From the NCBI GenBank assembly GCA_002840365.1, contig PHAO01000001.1:652360-716359 (forward strand): DNA of 64,000 nt, in the 5' to 3' direction. The DNA is from Candidatus Dojkabacteria bacterium HGW-Dojkabacteria-1. Lineage in GTDB: Bacteria > Patescibacteriota > Dojkabacteria > SC72. Under the pieces are notes generated by a model that saw nothing but the letters and a program-made list of their open reading frames with translations, was not told the origin of the DNA and did not search any database. Positions 29,226 through 36,714 of the stretch are shown here, piece by piece. Within the stretch, counting starts at the first letter, position 1, and every line of letters starts with the position of its first letter. A program made the translations under genes and the position numbers.

Positions 29226-29365
29226 CTGTCCCGGTTGGGAAAAGAGGTTCATAGCTCTACAAGCAAGAGCTCGGGTTTCCAAAATCTCTTAAACCCTTGG
29301 GTTTAAGTTGAGGAAACCCACCTATTCGGTAAGGGCTCTATGATCCCTCTCCGACCGGGCGTTTT
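29226..29365 (+). ncRNA. Candidate structured small RNA (multi-hairpin, closed by a long terminal stem, ending in a T-run); identity unassigned
   Basis: Terminal pairings CCCGGT(29228-33)/ACCGGG(29352-57), GAGG/CCTC and TCATAG/CTATGA enclose internal hairpins AGCTCT-acaagca-AGAGCT, GGGTTT-12nt-AAACCC and TGGGTTT-9nt-AAACCCA. It is followed by CGTTTTT and is GC-rich relative to context. Confidence 0.35.
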
Positions 29366-29409
29366 TATTGACTATATCCCCTGTATATATTAAACTTGCC
29401 TTGTAAATT

Positions 29410-29483
29410 GCCGAAGTAGCTCAGTTGGTCAGAGCAATTGTTTTGTAAACAATAGGTCGAGAGTTCGAATCTCTCCTTCGGCT
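29410..29483 (+). tRNA. tRNA-Thr (anticodon TGT)
   Basis: Acceptor GCCGAAG/CTTCGGC, D-arm GCTC-AGTTGGTCA-GAGC, anticodon stem ATTGT/ACAAT with loop TTTGTAA, T-arm GAGAG-TTCGAAT-CTCTC. CCA is encoded after the discriminator T. Confidence 0.85.
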
Positions 29484-29490
29484 CCATTGT

Positions 29491-29573
29491 GCAGAGGTGG
29501 CGGAGTGGTCAAACGCATCGGACTGTAAATCCGACTCCTTCGGGATTCACTGGTTCAAATCCAGTCCTCTGCA
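29491..29573 (+). tRNA. tRNA-Tyr (anticodon GTA)
   Basis: Acceptor GCAGAGG/CCTCTGC with discriminator A, anticodon stem TCGGA/TCCGA with loop CTGTAAA, long variable arm CTCCTTCGGGATTC, T-arm ACTGG-TTCAAAT-CCAGT. Confidence 0.85.
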
Positions 29574-29640
29574 TATTCCCCTATTGTATTTTTTCATATC
29601 TAATATATACTTTTTAGTATATAAATTTAGCTTTTCGTAT

Positions 29641-30366
29641 ATGAACGATATGATGGGCTTTATCATAGGTATTGTATTTGTAATTGTCCCTATAGCAATA
29701 GTAGGAACAGTTGTATATATGATAGTTCAATCAGCTAAAAACAAGGATGCTAAATTTAAAATATCTGCGAAAACACTCTTTCAAATCTACCTTTTCTTGA
29801 TATCTTTCTTAACTTTAATAATTGCAGTAATTGGTGGTGCAACAGCAATTAAAGCTGCACTTTCATATCAATTTGGAATACCCTTTTCATATACACTTTA
29901 TAAGGCAAATGATTTCACAGAAGCTAAAATGTATGATCCTTACCTTGCCAGAGAAAACTTCACTCCTTGCTACGAAGGAGACCCTATGGTCTTTGGTTCA
30001 AACGAATACTGTTTTAATACACAACTACAAAAGACAGATTTAATTAATGGTCTCACCATATTTGTATCAATGGTTATACTCTTTGCTATACATCAATTTG
30101 CAATAACAAGAATCAAAGGTAAAGAGAAGCTACAATGGCTTTACAAACTATATACCTTTGCATCGTTAATACTGTATAGCATCATTGGATTAGTCTCAAT
30201 TCCAACCTCTATATATCAACTTACTAATTTCCTTTTAGCCGAGCCTGAGAAATATGTTCAATCTACTCCAGAGGCTCCTGCAATGGTTTTAGGAGTAGCA
30301 ATCCTATCTGTACCTCTCTGGATATATTTTCTTAAGAAGACTTCAGATATTAAGGAAGAGGATTAG
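29641..30366 (+). CDS. Hypothetical multi-pass membrane protein
   Basis: The ORF-track start (29497) overlaps tRNA-Tyr, so the in-frame Met at 29641 (MNDMMGFIIGIVFVIVPIAIVG...) was chosen. About six predicted TM helices and no known motifs. Confidence 0.55.
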   Translation: MNDMMGFIIGIVFVIVPIAIVGTVVYMIVQSAKNKDAKFKISAKTLFQIYLFLISFLTLIIAVIGGATAIKAALSYQFGIPFSYTLYKANDFTEAKMYDPYLARENFTPCYEGDPMVFGSNEYCFNTQLQKTDLINGLTIFVSMVILFAIHQFAITRIKGKEKLQWLYKLYTFASLILYSIIGLVSIPTSIYQLTNFLLAEPEKYVQSTPEAPAMVLGVAILSVPLWIYFLKKTSDIKEED

Positions 30367-30370
30367 GTCT

Positions 30371-30399
30371 TTAGAAAAGTTTTAAATTTGTAGTATAAT
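30371..30399 (+). promoter_or_regulatory. Candidate sigma70 promoter for tRNA-Thr(GGT) (TTAGAA -17 nt- TATAAT)
   Basis: TATAAT at 30394-30399, 12 nt upstream of the tRNA 5' end. TTAGAA at 30371-30376 with a 17-nt spacer. Confidence 0.4.
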
Positions 30400-30410
30400 C
30401 ATTTCCATAC

Positions 30411-30484
30411 GCTGGATTAGCTCAGTTGGTTAGAGCACATTCATGGTAAGAATGAGGTCCTGAGTTCGACTCTCAGATCCAGCT
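30411..30484 (+). tRNA. tRNA-Thr (anticodon GGT)
   Basis: Acceptor GCTGGAT/ATCCAGC, D-arm GCTC-AGTTGGTTA-GAGC, anticodon stem CATTC/GAATG with loop ATGGTAA, T-arm CTGAG-TTCGACT-CTCAG. CCA is encoded. Confidence 0.85.
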
Positions 30485-30722
30485 CCATTTTTTCAGAAGT
30501 TAGAAAGCAAACAAAAACACACTCAACCTTTTAAAAAGGTCTTTTTAAAAGTATTTTACTTTAGGTTTTCGTTAATCGTATGGCATTAAACTACTTACCA
30601 AAGTTACATACTAAATAGTATCATAAAAAAAGAGGAAAAACATTTGACCTAACCCTTATATTTACATATAATACTCTGTATTTCCCATAAAATCCTAATT
30701 ATTAATTTTGACGCGTAAAAAG

Positions 30723-30887
30723 ATGGCAAAGGTTAAGAGAGATATAATAGCTTTGAAGTGTACAGAATGCGATAGTAGAAACTATACATCTTACAAAACA
30801 AAGAATATTAAGGAAAAAATTGAAAAGAAAAAATATTGTCCTGTATGTCAAAAACATACTTCACATAAGGAGACTAAGGTTAAATAA
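30723..30887 (+). CDS. rpmG: 50S ribosomal protein L33
   Basis: A 54-aa ORF, below the ORF-track length cutoff: MAKVKRDIIALKCTECDSRNYTSYKTKNIKEKIEKKKYCPVCQKHTSHKETKVK. It has a C4 zinc ribbon and the classic position upstream of tRNA-Trp-secE-nusG. Confidence 0.75.
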   Translation: MAKVKRDIIALKCTECDSRNYTSYKTKNIKEKIEKKKYCPVCQKHTSHKETKVK

Positions 30888-30907
30888 TTTAGCTGTTTTA
30901 CAGACAA

Positions 30908-30979
30908 GGGCCCATAGTTTCAATGGTAAAACAGTGGTCTCCAAAACCATAGTTCTCCGTTCGAGTCGGAGTGGGCCTG
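30908..30979 (+). tRNA. tRNA-Trp (anticodon CCA)
   Basis: Acceptor GGGCCCA/TGGGCCT with discriminator G, anticodon stem GTGGT/ACCAT with loop CTCCAAA, T-arm CTCCG-TTCGAGT-CGGAG. The conserved position is between rpmG and secE. Confidence 0.8.
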
Positions 30980-30989
30980 CTTAAAAAAT

Positions 30990-31199
30990 ATGAATATAAT
31001 AAGAAATATAATAACAGAATTAAAACAGACAGAGTGGCCCAGTATGGACCAATTGGCAAAATTAACGATATATACACTGATTCTTTGTGGTATAATCGCT
31101 TTGCTAATACTCGGTATTGATCTTGTTCTTTTCTGGTTAAGAGACCTTTGGTTTGGTGAACAAGATGCAACAATAAGTAATTTAATATTAAATCTATAA
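30990..31199 (+). CDS. secE: Preprotein translocase subunit SecE
   Basis: A 69-aa protein with a single C-terminal TM (LTIYTLILCGIIALLILGIDLVLFWL) and the E-x-x-K-V-x-WP-like N-terminal region (ELKQTEWPSMDQL). Immediately upstream of nusG. Confidence 0.8.
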   Translation: MNIIRNIITELKQTEWPSMDQLAKLTIYTLILCGIIALLILGIDLVLFWLRDLWFGEQDATISNLILNL

Positions 31200-31207
31200 A
31201 ATTAGGA

Positions 31208-31759
31208 ATGGCAGACGAAGTAAAAAAAGTAAATCCTAAAGCTAAGTGGTACGTTCTAAATATTAGAACTGGATATGAAAATAGTATTAAGAAGGAATTA
31301 CAACAAAGAATTGAAGCAACAGGATTACAGAACAAAATTGAAGAAATTTTAGTACCTGTTCAAAAGAAAATTTTTGTTAAAAAAGGTAAACAGGATGTTA
31401 AGGAAGATAAGCTATTCCCTGGATATGTATTAATAAAAATGGAATTAAATGAGAATACTTGGGACATAGTTAAGAATACTGAAGGAGTAAGAGGTTTTGT
31501 AAAGACAGATAAATATCCAAAACCACTACCCGAAGCAGAAGTAAAAGCCATTATGAAATTCATGGAAGTAGAACAACCTTCATACCAAAGCTCATTTAGC
31601 GTTGGCGAAGCAGTTAAGATTACAGATGGAGCATTTGCAGGTTTCATTGGTAGTGTTCAAGCAATTGATAATACAAAAGGTAAGATAAAAGTCCTCATAT
31701 CTTTCCTTGGTAGAGAAGCACCTGTTGAACTTGATTTCTCACAAGTCAACAAGCTTTAA
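31208..31759 (+). CDS. nusG: Transcription termination/antitermination factor NusG
   Basis: NGN domain (KWYVLNIRTGYENSIKKEL...FPGYVLIKM) and C-terminal KOW (FSVGEAVKITDGAFAGFIGSVQAID). Confidence 0.9.
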   Translation: MADEVKKVNPKAKWYVLNIRTGYENSIKKELQQRIEATGLQNKIEEILVPVQKKIFVKKGKQDVKEDKLFPGYVLIKMELNENTWDIVKNTEGVRGFVKTDKYPKPLPEAEVKAIMKFMEVEQPSYQSSFSVGEAVKITDGAFAGFIGSVQAIDNTKGKIKVLISFLGREAPVELDFSQVNKL

Positions 31760-31783
31760 AATATATATTTGATTAGTACTAAT

Positions 31784-32209
31784 ATGGCAAAGGAAATAAA
31801 AAAGATAATAAAGATTACAATTCCAGCAGGACAAGCAACACCTGCACCTCCAATTGGTCCAACATTGGCACCATATGGAATCTCAACTCAGGAATTTTGT
31901 ACTCAATTTAACGAAAAAACAAGAGAGGGAAATGGTATTCTTACACCTGTAATAATTACAATCTATGAAGATAGATCGTTTGATTTCATAACTAAGACTC
32001 CTCCTACATCAGAATTGATTAGAAGAGAGATAAAGATAAAGAAAGGTTCTGCAAGACCTAACTTAGATAAAGTTGGAAAACTTTCTAAGGAGCAAATTCT
32101 AAAAATTGTAGAGGTAAAGATGCCCGACTTAAACACTTCAGACCCTGAGCAAGCAGCAAAGATTGTAGCGGGAACTGCAAGACAGATGGGTGTAGAAACA
32201 GAAATATAA
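31784..32209 (+). CDS. rplK: 50S ribosomal protein L11
   Basis: MAKEIKKIIKITIPAGQATPAPPIGPTLAPYGI matches the L11 N-terminal signature. The start is taken at MAKE, internal to ORF-track 31769. Confidence 0.9.
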   Translation: MAKEIKKIIKITIPAGQATPAPPIGPTLAPYGISTQEFCTQFNEKTREGNGILTPVIITIYEDRSFDFITKTPPTSELIRREIKIKKGSARPNLDKVGKLSKEQILKIVEVKMPDLNTSDPEQAAKIVAGTARQMGVETEI

Positions 32210-32227
32210 CGTATTAATAAAAATAGA

Positions 32228-32917
32228 ATGAAAAGAGGTAAAAAATATACAAAAGTAGTAAAGAACCTAGATAGGACAGTAGCATATACAGTAGAGTCTG
32301 CTGTTAAGGAGGCTAAAAAGACTTCTTACAGTAGCTTTGTTGGTACATTAGAGGTTCACTTTGATATTAAGATTCCAAAGGACAAAGATCCAAAATCTAT
32401 CAAAGGAGCATTAGCACTCCCCCACTCTAGTGGAAGTAAGAATGTAAAAGTTGCAGTATTTGCAACACCTGATATGGATAAAATAGCTACAGATGCTGGT
32501 GCAGATTTTGTTGGATTAGATAGTCTAATTAAAGATATTAAAGCAGGTAAGATTGAATTTGATGTCGCAATTGCTACTCCATCTGTAATGCCAAAGATTG
32601 CAATATTAGGTAAAGAATTAGGTCCAAAAGGATTAATGCCTAATCCCAAAAACGGGACTGTAACAGATGATATTGCTCAAGCAGTAAGTGAATACAAAAA
32701 AGGTAAACAGACATTCGCATGTGATACCTCAGGGGTTATTCATATGACAGCAGGAAAACTAGATTTGGATGATGAAAAATTGGTAGAAAATGTACACGCA
32801 TGTGTAATTGCTTTAGAAGAAGTATTAGGAAAAGTATATACCCAAGCAATAGACAGGATGCATTTAGCACCAACAATGGGGCCTAGCTTCAAGATTGAGT
32901 ACAGCAAACCAGAATAG
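32228..32917 (+). CDS. rplA: 50S ribosomal protein L1
   Basis: 229 aa with L1 pattern (KRGKKYTKVVKNLD...FDVAIATPSVMPKIAILGKELGPKGLMPNPKNGTVT). Confidence 0.9.
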   Translation: MKRGKKYTKVVKNLDRTVAYTVESAVKEAKKTSYSSFVGTLEVHFDIKIPKDKDPKSIKGALALPHSSGSKNVKVAVFATPDMDKIATDAGADFVGLDSLIKDIKAGKIEFDVAIATPSVMPKIAILGKELGPKGLMPNPKNGTVTDDIAQAVSEYKKGKQTFACDTSGVIHMTAGKLDLDDEKLVENVHACVIALEEVLGKVYTQAIDRMHLAPTMGPSFKIEYSKPE

Positions 32918-32940
32918 CATATTCAAAAAAATAAGTATTA

Positions 32941-32966
32941 AAGACCTCTTTTAAGAGGTCTTTTTG
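32941..32966 (+). terminator. Rho-independent terminator-like hairpin after rplA
   Basis: AAGACCTCTT-tt-AAGAGGTCTT perfect 10-bp stem followed by TTTTGTTTG. Confidence 0.6.
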
Positions 32967-32985
32967 TTTGATATGCTAAATATCC

Positions 32986-33014
32986 TTTACCAAAGGGCTT
33001 TTTTCAAGTATAAT
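32986..33014 (+). promoter_or_regulatory. Candidate internal promoter (PL10-like) in the rplA-rplJ spacer
   Basis: TATAAT at 33009-33014. TTTACC 17 nt upstream is a weak -35. The position is analogous to the E. coli rplJ promoter. Confidence 0.3.
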
Positions 33015-33083
33015 TCGTCGCAACAAACCAACCGGTATTGTTAGCTCTCGAAAAATCCGACAAAAACATTACAAGGAGAAATC

Positions 33084-33281
33084 ATGACCCCAACAGCACG
33101 TACGAACGGTAACGTTAATTGTGTTGATTGCACTCGCGAAGGCGCTGAGTGCGAAGGTTGTAAAACCGATGGATTGACTGCCGCTGACCTCATAGGGGTC
33201 TACACAGAGGGGATGTCAATTGAGGAATTGGCAGAATTTTATGAGAATATCTTGGAAACGGAGGATTTAAAGCCGATATAA
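33084..33281 (+). CDS. Small Cys-containing acidic protein (CxxC-x6-CxxC) encoded in the rplA-rplJ leader region; GC-rich relative to genome
   Basis: Consensus Shine-Dalgarno AAGGAG sits 5 nt upstream of the ATG, which is rare in this window. The ORF is about 50% GC against roughly 33% background. Product: MTPTARTNGNVNCVDCTREGAECEGCKTDG...EELAEFYENILETEDLKPI. Confidence 0.45.
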   Translation: MTPTARTNGNVNCVDCTREGAECEGCKTDGLTAADLIGVYTEGMSIEELAEFYENILETEDLKPI

Positions 33282-33310
33282 TTGTTTTAATATTGGTAAT
33301 TAGGTTGGTT

Positions 33311-33372
33311 TGACAAGAGAGAACGGTAGATTGCTTTCTACATCGCATCATATTGCCGTTCTCTCTTGACCA
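33311..33372 (+). promoter_or_regulatory. Stable stem-loop in the rplJ 5' leader (candidate L10 autoregulatory leader element or attenuator)
   Basis: CAAGAGAGAACGG (33315-27) pairs perfectly with CCGTTCTCTCTTG (33356-68), a 13-bp stem with a 28-nt loop, about 115 nt upstream of the rplJ start. Confidence 0.4.
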
Positions 33373-33486
33373 ATCCTAAGTATATCATATATAATCACCT
33401 CAGTAATTATCCTAAGAAACATGGTACAAAAATAAATCCATGCGAGGAAATTGATAATTCAACATATTAATTAAGTAATACATACG

Positions 33487-34008
33487 ATGTCTAAAAGTCG
33501 TACCCAAAAGGAAGAGTTACTTAAAAAGTATAAAGATTTAATAGAATCTAAATCTGGATACCTTTTAGTAAACTCCGATAAGATTGATACTGCAACAGTA
33601 ACAGGTCTTAAAATACAACTAAAGGATGTAGATGCAAACTTTACAGTTGTAAAAAACAGTATTTTTAAAGTAGCTTTGCAAGAAACAGATCAACCATTAC
33701 AAGTACAGGAATTTGATGGTCCAACAGCTATCATTTCATTTGAAGAAGATCCAACAGCACCAGCAAAGCTAGTAAAGAAGATGCAAAAAGAAACAGAACT
33801 CTTAGAGCCAAGAAGCGGTGTATATGAGGGAGAGTTCTTAAGTGCAGAAAGAGTTATGCAATTAGCAGAAATTCCATCAAGAGAAGTTCTATTATCAAGA
33901 CTTGTTGGAACTATGAATGCTCCTTTAACTGGCTTTATGAATGCAGTTACAGGTAACGTAAGAGGTTTAACAGTAGTACTAAAAGGTATTGCTGAAAGTA
34001 AATCGTAA
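33487..34008 (+). CDS. rplJ: 50S ribosomal protein L10
   Basis: 173 aa with L10 pattern ([29 protein letters not shown]...). Confidence 0.9.
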   Translation: MSKSRTQKEELLKKYKDLIESKSGYLLVNSDKIDTATVTGLKIQLKDVDANFTVVKNSIFKVALQETDQPLQVQEFDGPTAIISFEEDPTAPAKLVKKMQKETELLEPRSGVYEGEFLSAERVMQLAEIPSREVLLSRLVGTMNAPLTGFMNAVTGNVRGLTVVLKGIAESKS

Positions 34009-34040
34009 TATATTTTAATTTAATTTATTTATTTACCCAA

Positions 34041-34445
34041 ATGTCAGACGAAGCAAAAACACTTCCAACATTAACAGAGAATGCACAGAAAGTAATCGAA
34101 ATGGTTGAAAAAATGACCGTTTTAGAACTTGCAGACCTTGTTAAGGTTATGGAAGACAAGTTTGGAGTAAGTGCAGCTGCTCCAGTAGCAGTAGCAGCAG
34201 CTCCAGCAGAAGCAGCTCCAGTAGAAGAAGAGAAATCTTCATTCAACATTGTTCTTAAAGATGCAGGAGCAAACAAGATTGGTGTAATCAAGGTAGTAAG
34301 AGAGATTACAGAGCTTGGATTAAAAGAAGCTAAAGATCTTGTAGAAGCAGCTCCTCAAACAGTAAAAGAATCTGTTAAGAAGGAAGATGCAGAAGCTATT
34401 AAAGCTAAATTTGAAGAAGCAGGTGCAACTGTAGAGTTAGCATAA
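34041..34445 (+). CDS. rplL: 50S ribosomal protein L7/L12
   Basis: Ala/Pro-rich hinge ([20 protein letters not shown]) and conserved CTD ([27 protein letters not shown]...[16 protein letters not shown]). Confidence 0.9.
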   Translation: MSDEAKTLPTLTENAQKVIEMVEKMTVLELADLVKVMEDKFGVSAAAPVAVAAAPAEAAPVEEEKSSFNIVLKDAGANKIGVIKVVREITELGLKEAKDLVEAAPQTVKESVKKEDAEAIKAKFEEAGATVELA

Positions 34446-34466
34446 TTGCATATCAAATTAAGAAAT

Positions 34467-34494
34467 TAAAGAGGTCTTTATGACCTCTTTTTTC
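34467..34494 (+). terminator. Rho-independent terminator after rplL
   Basis: AAAGAGGTC-ttta-GACCTCTTT stem followed by TTTTCTTT. Confidence 0.6.
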
Positions 34495-34503
34495 TTTATA
34501 TAT

Positions 34504-34534
34504 ATTCGACAATACATACTAATACAAAGTATAA
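34504..34534 (+). promoter_or_regulatory. Candidate promoter of the 7TM/ATP-grasp operon
   Basis: TTCGAC at 34504-09, a 19-nt spacer, then TATAAT at 34529-34, about 38 nt upstream of the 34572 start. Confidence 0.3.
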
Positions 34535-34571
34535 TGATGCGGGAATATTCTAATTTTTCAATGTATTATAT

Positions 34572-35237
34572 ATGTTTGAAACTTCAGGCTTAACAGAATG
34601 GATATTACAACATGGAGTATCAAAAATGGCACTTGAGTTACTCATAGCAGTAGCTGTTTTAGCTACTATTGTCAGTATAGCAAGATACGTTATTGGCTCT
34701 AAAACATATGGTATATATGCACCAATACTTTTGGCAATTGCATATTCATATACTGGATTAAAATATGGCCTAGCTATTACCATTATTGTAATACTAACAT
34801 CCCTACTCTCTTACAATGTACTCAAGAGAATTAGAATGCACTACATTACTCGTATTGCTACAAACTATACAATTTTAGCAATGGTATTAGTTCTTTTCTT
34901 TGTGTTGATAGATATGTTTGGATTGGGGTTAGAGAATATGGCAAATATACCACCACTAGCTTTCATCTCTATCGCAGCTCTCTCAGACTTTTTCATCAAA
35001 CAGTATGTTAAAAAATCTTTTGCAGGTTCAATATTAACCTTAACAGGAACAATATTAGTGGCTGCAATCGGATGGTTTGTAATAACTAGGGAAATTATCT
35101 CTGAATATATGATAAACAATCTTTGGGTTCTCCCCTTGCTAACATTAGTAAACTTACTACTCGGTCAGTTTACAGGTTTAAGAATCAAGGATTACTTTAG
35201 ATTCAAACTATCAAACAGAGATGATTCATCTAATTAA
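34572..35237 (+). CDS. Stand-alone 7-transmembrane protein (7TM module of the kind found fused to inactive transglutaminase in ATP-grasp-associated systems)
   Basis: A 221-aa protein with seven hydrophobic helices (ALELLIAVAVLATIVSIA; IYAPILLAIAYSY; LAITIIVILTSLLSY; ILAMVLVLFFVLIDMF; PLAFISIAALSDFFI; ILTLTGTILVAAIGWFVI; LWVLPLLTLVNLLLGQF). Its 3' end overlaps the next ATP-grasp gene by 17 nt. Confidence 0.65.
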   Translation: MFETSGLTEWILQHGVSKMALELLIAVAVLATIVSIARYVIGSKTYGIYAPILLAIAYSYTGLKYGLAITIIVILTSLLSYNVLKRIRMHYITRIATNYTILAMVLVLFFVLIDMFGLGLENMANIPPLAFISIAALSDFFIKQYVKKSFAGSILTLTGTILVAAIGWFVITREIISEYMINNLWVLPLLTLVNLLLGQFTGLRIKDYFRFKLSNRDDSSN

Positions 35238-36696
35238 CAACAAATACAAACAGGTTTTAGGATTAAACAGAAGGAACCAAGAGTATGTAAGACCTTATAA
35301 TTCTCCCTCTGCGAAAGCTATTGCAGATAACAAGATTCTTACAAAGAGAATTCTCAAAAAAGAATTCATTCAGACTCCTGATGTATACAAATTAATTAGA
35401 ACAAAAAAACAACTACAGTTTCTAGATTGGGATAGCCTTCCAAAGAGTTTTGTAATAAAGCCTAACAAGGGAACAGGTGGAAACGGAATAATAGTCTTCT
35501 ATGGAAAAAAGAAAGGCCAAGAGGCTTGGATTAGGCCTAATGGCACCATTATGAGTAAAAGAGATATCATTCTTCACATTGAAAATATTCTCGAAGGAAG
35601 ATTCTCAATGGGTTCGAAAAACGACATTGCAATAATAGAAGAAAGAATAAAGACCGATCCACTCCTTAAGCAGTACTCTTACAAAGGTGTTCCTGATATT
35701 AGAATAATCTGTTTTAATCAGGTCCCAGTAATGGGAATGCTTAGATTACCTACTAAAAGGTCAAATGGTACTGCAAACTTACATTCAGGTGCAATATGTA
35801 CAGGTATAGATATGGAATCAGGAATAACTACCTACTCTATGCATATGCAAGCATCAGCTTTTAGATCAGATTCATATAAACTAATAGATTCAACATTAGA
35901 TTTACAAGAAAACAAACAATTAAGTGGAGTACAAATACCATATTGGAATGAAATGTTAGAGATTGCACTTAAGTGTCAAAAAGCTAGTAGACTTGGGTAT
36001 ATAGGGGTAGACATAGCAATAGATGCAGAAAAAGGTCCAGTAGTATTTGAAATAAATGCAAGACCAGGACTTGGCATACAAGTCGCTAATCAAGCAGGTC
36101 TAAGATGGAGATTAGAAAAGGTTAAAGATTTGAAAATAAAGAGCATAAAGCATGGAATTAGAGTTTCAAAAAATCTCTTTGGTGGTGAAATTGAGGAAAG
36201 TATTGAAGCAATTAGTGGTAGAAAAGTTCTAAATATTACAGAAAGAATATCTGTATTTAACAAAGGTACTGATGTATTAAAAATTAAAAGAACAAAAAAT
36301 ATTAAAAAGGAAATAGTTAAAGCATTCATGGATACAGGAATACTTACATCAAGAATCTCCTCTACCCTTGCAAACAGAATAGGGTATCTAAAAGCTACTA
36401 AAGATTTCGAAAACTTTGATATTCCTAAGAGATTTACCAGTTTTAAGGAGGCTCAGGAATATATTGATAAGTATGAGAAAGAGATATGTGAACATCCTGA
36501 TATAAAAAGATTAGCTAAAATCCTAGAAGATGGTGAGATAAAGATAAGGCCTGTTTTTGATATACCAATAAAAATTTCTGATACAGTTAAAGTAACAGAA
36601 TTTGTATCTACGGACGCAGAAGATAGTACATATCAAGTAGTACTTGGTAGATCTGATCTTTCTGGATATTTGATTGATACAAGCAATACCTTCTAA
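35221..36696 (+). CDS. ATP-grasp amidoligase 1: alpha-L-glutamate-ligase-like (RimK-related) domain fused to a C-terminal retropepsin-like (ATP-dependent Zn-protease-type) domain
   Basis: N-terminus LGLNRRNQEYVRPYNSPSAKAIADNKILTKRIL...FVIKPNKGTGGNGIIVF...DIRIICFN...FEINARPGLGIQ is typical of the alpha-L-glutamate ligase-like family. The C-terminal roughly 180 aa end in YQVVLGRSDLSGYLIDTSNTF, which resembles the retropepsin-like domain of these systems. Confidence 0.75.
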   Translation: MIHLINNKYKQVLGLNRRNQEYVRPYNSPSAKAIADNKILTKRILKKEFIQTPDVYKLIRTKKQLQFLDWDSLPKSFVIKPNKGTGGNGIIVFYGKKKGQEAWIRPNGTIMSKRDIILHIENILEGRFSMGSKNDIAIIEERIKTDPLLKQYSYKGVPDIRIICFNQVPVMGMLRLPTKRSNGTANLHSGAICTGIDMESGITTYSMHMQASAFRSDSYKLIDSTLDLQENKQLSGVQIPYWNEMLEIALKCQKASRLGYIGVDIAIDAEKGPVVFEINARPGLGIQVANQAGLRWRLEKVKDLKIKSIKHGIRVSKNLFGGEIEESIEAISGRKVLNITERISVFNKGTDVLKIKRTKNIKKEIVKAFMDTGILTSRISSTLANRIGYLKATKDFENFDIPKRFTSFKEAQEYIDKYEKEICEHPDIKRLAKILEDGEIKIRPVFDIPIKISDTVKVTEFVSTDAEDSTYQVVLGRSDLSGYLIDTSNTF

Positions 36697-36714
36697 TATA
36701 TTTTAGGAAAATAT

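Noticed and set aside
29226-29365. Specific identity of the structured element as SRP RNA, RNase P RNA or tmRNA
   Set aside because: The conserved core motifs are absent, and the length and helix arrangement do not fit. These motifs are the SRP helix-8 GGAA tetraloop with AGCAGC/GGCAG symmetric loop, the RNase P P4 AGGAAAGUCCGGGCUCC, and the tmRNA tRNA-like ends with resume codon. It is kept only as an unassigned candidate ncRNA.
30898-31335. 145-aa minus-strand ORF spanning tRNA-Trp, secE and the nusG start
   Set aside because: It overlaps a canonical tRNA and two conserved plus-strand genes, and its translation is hydrophobic nonsense. It is spurious.
33084-33281. Treating the micro-ORF peptide as a confirmed graspetide precursor for the downstream ATP-grasp ligases
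   Set aside because: It is separated from the ligase operon by rplJ, rplL and a terminator. The ligases are not the small RimK-like graspetide type only, and the GC-rich stretch may instead be a structured rplJ leader RNA. It is mentioned only as a weak possibility inside the leader-region finding.
34025-34291. 88-aa minus-strand ORF overlapping rplL
   Set aside because: It is the antisense reading of the Ala-rich L7/L12 hinge ([11 protein letters not shown]), which gives an Ala/Gly-rich artefact.
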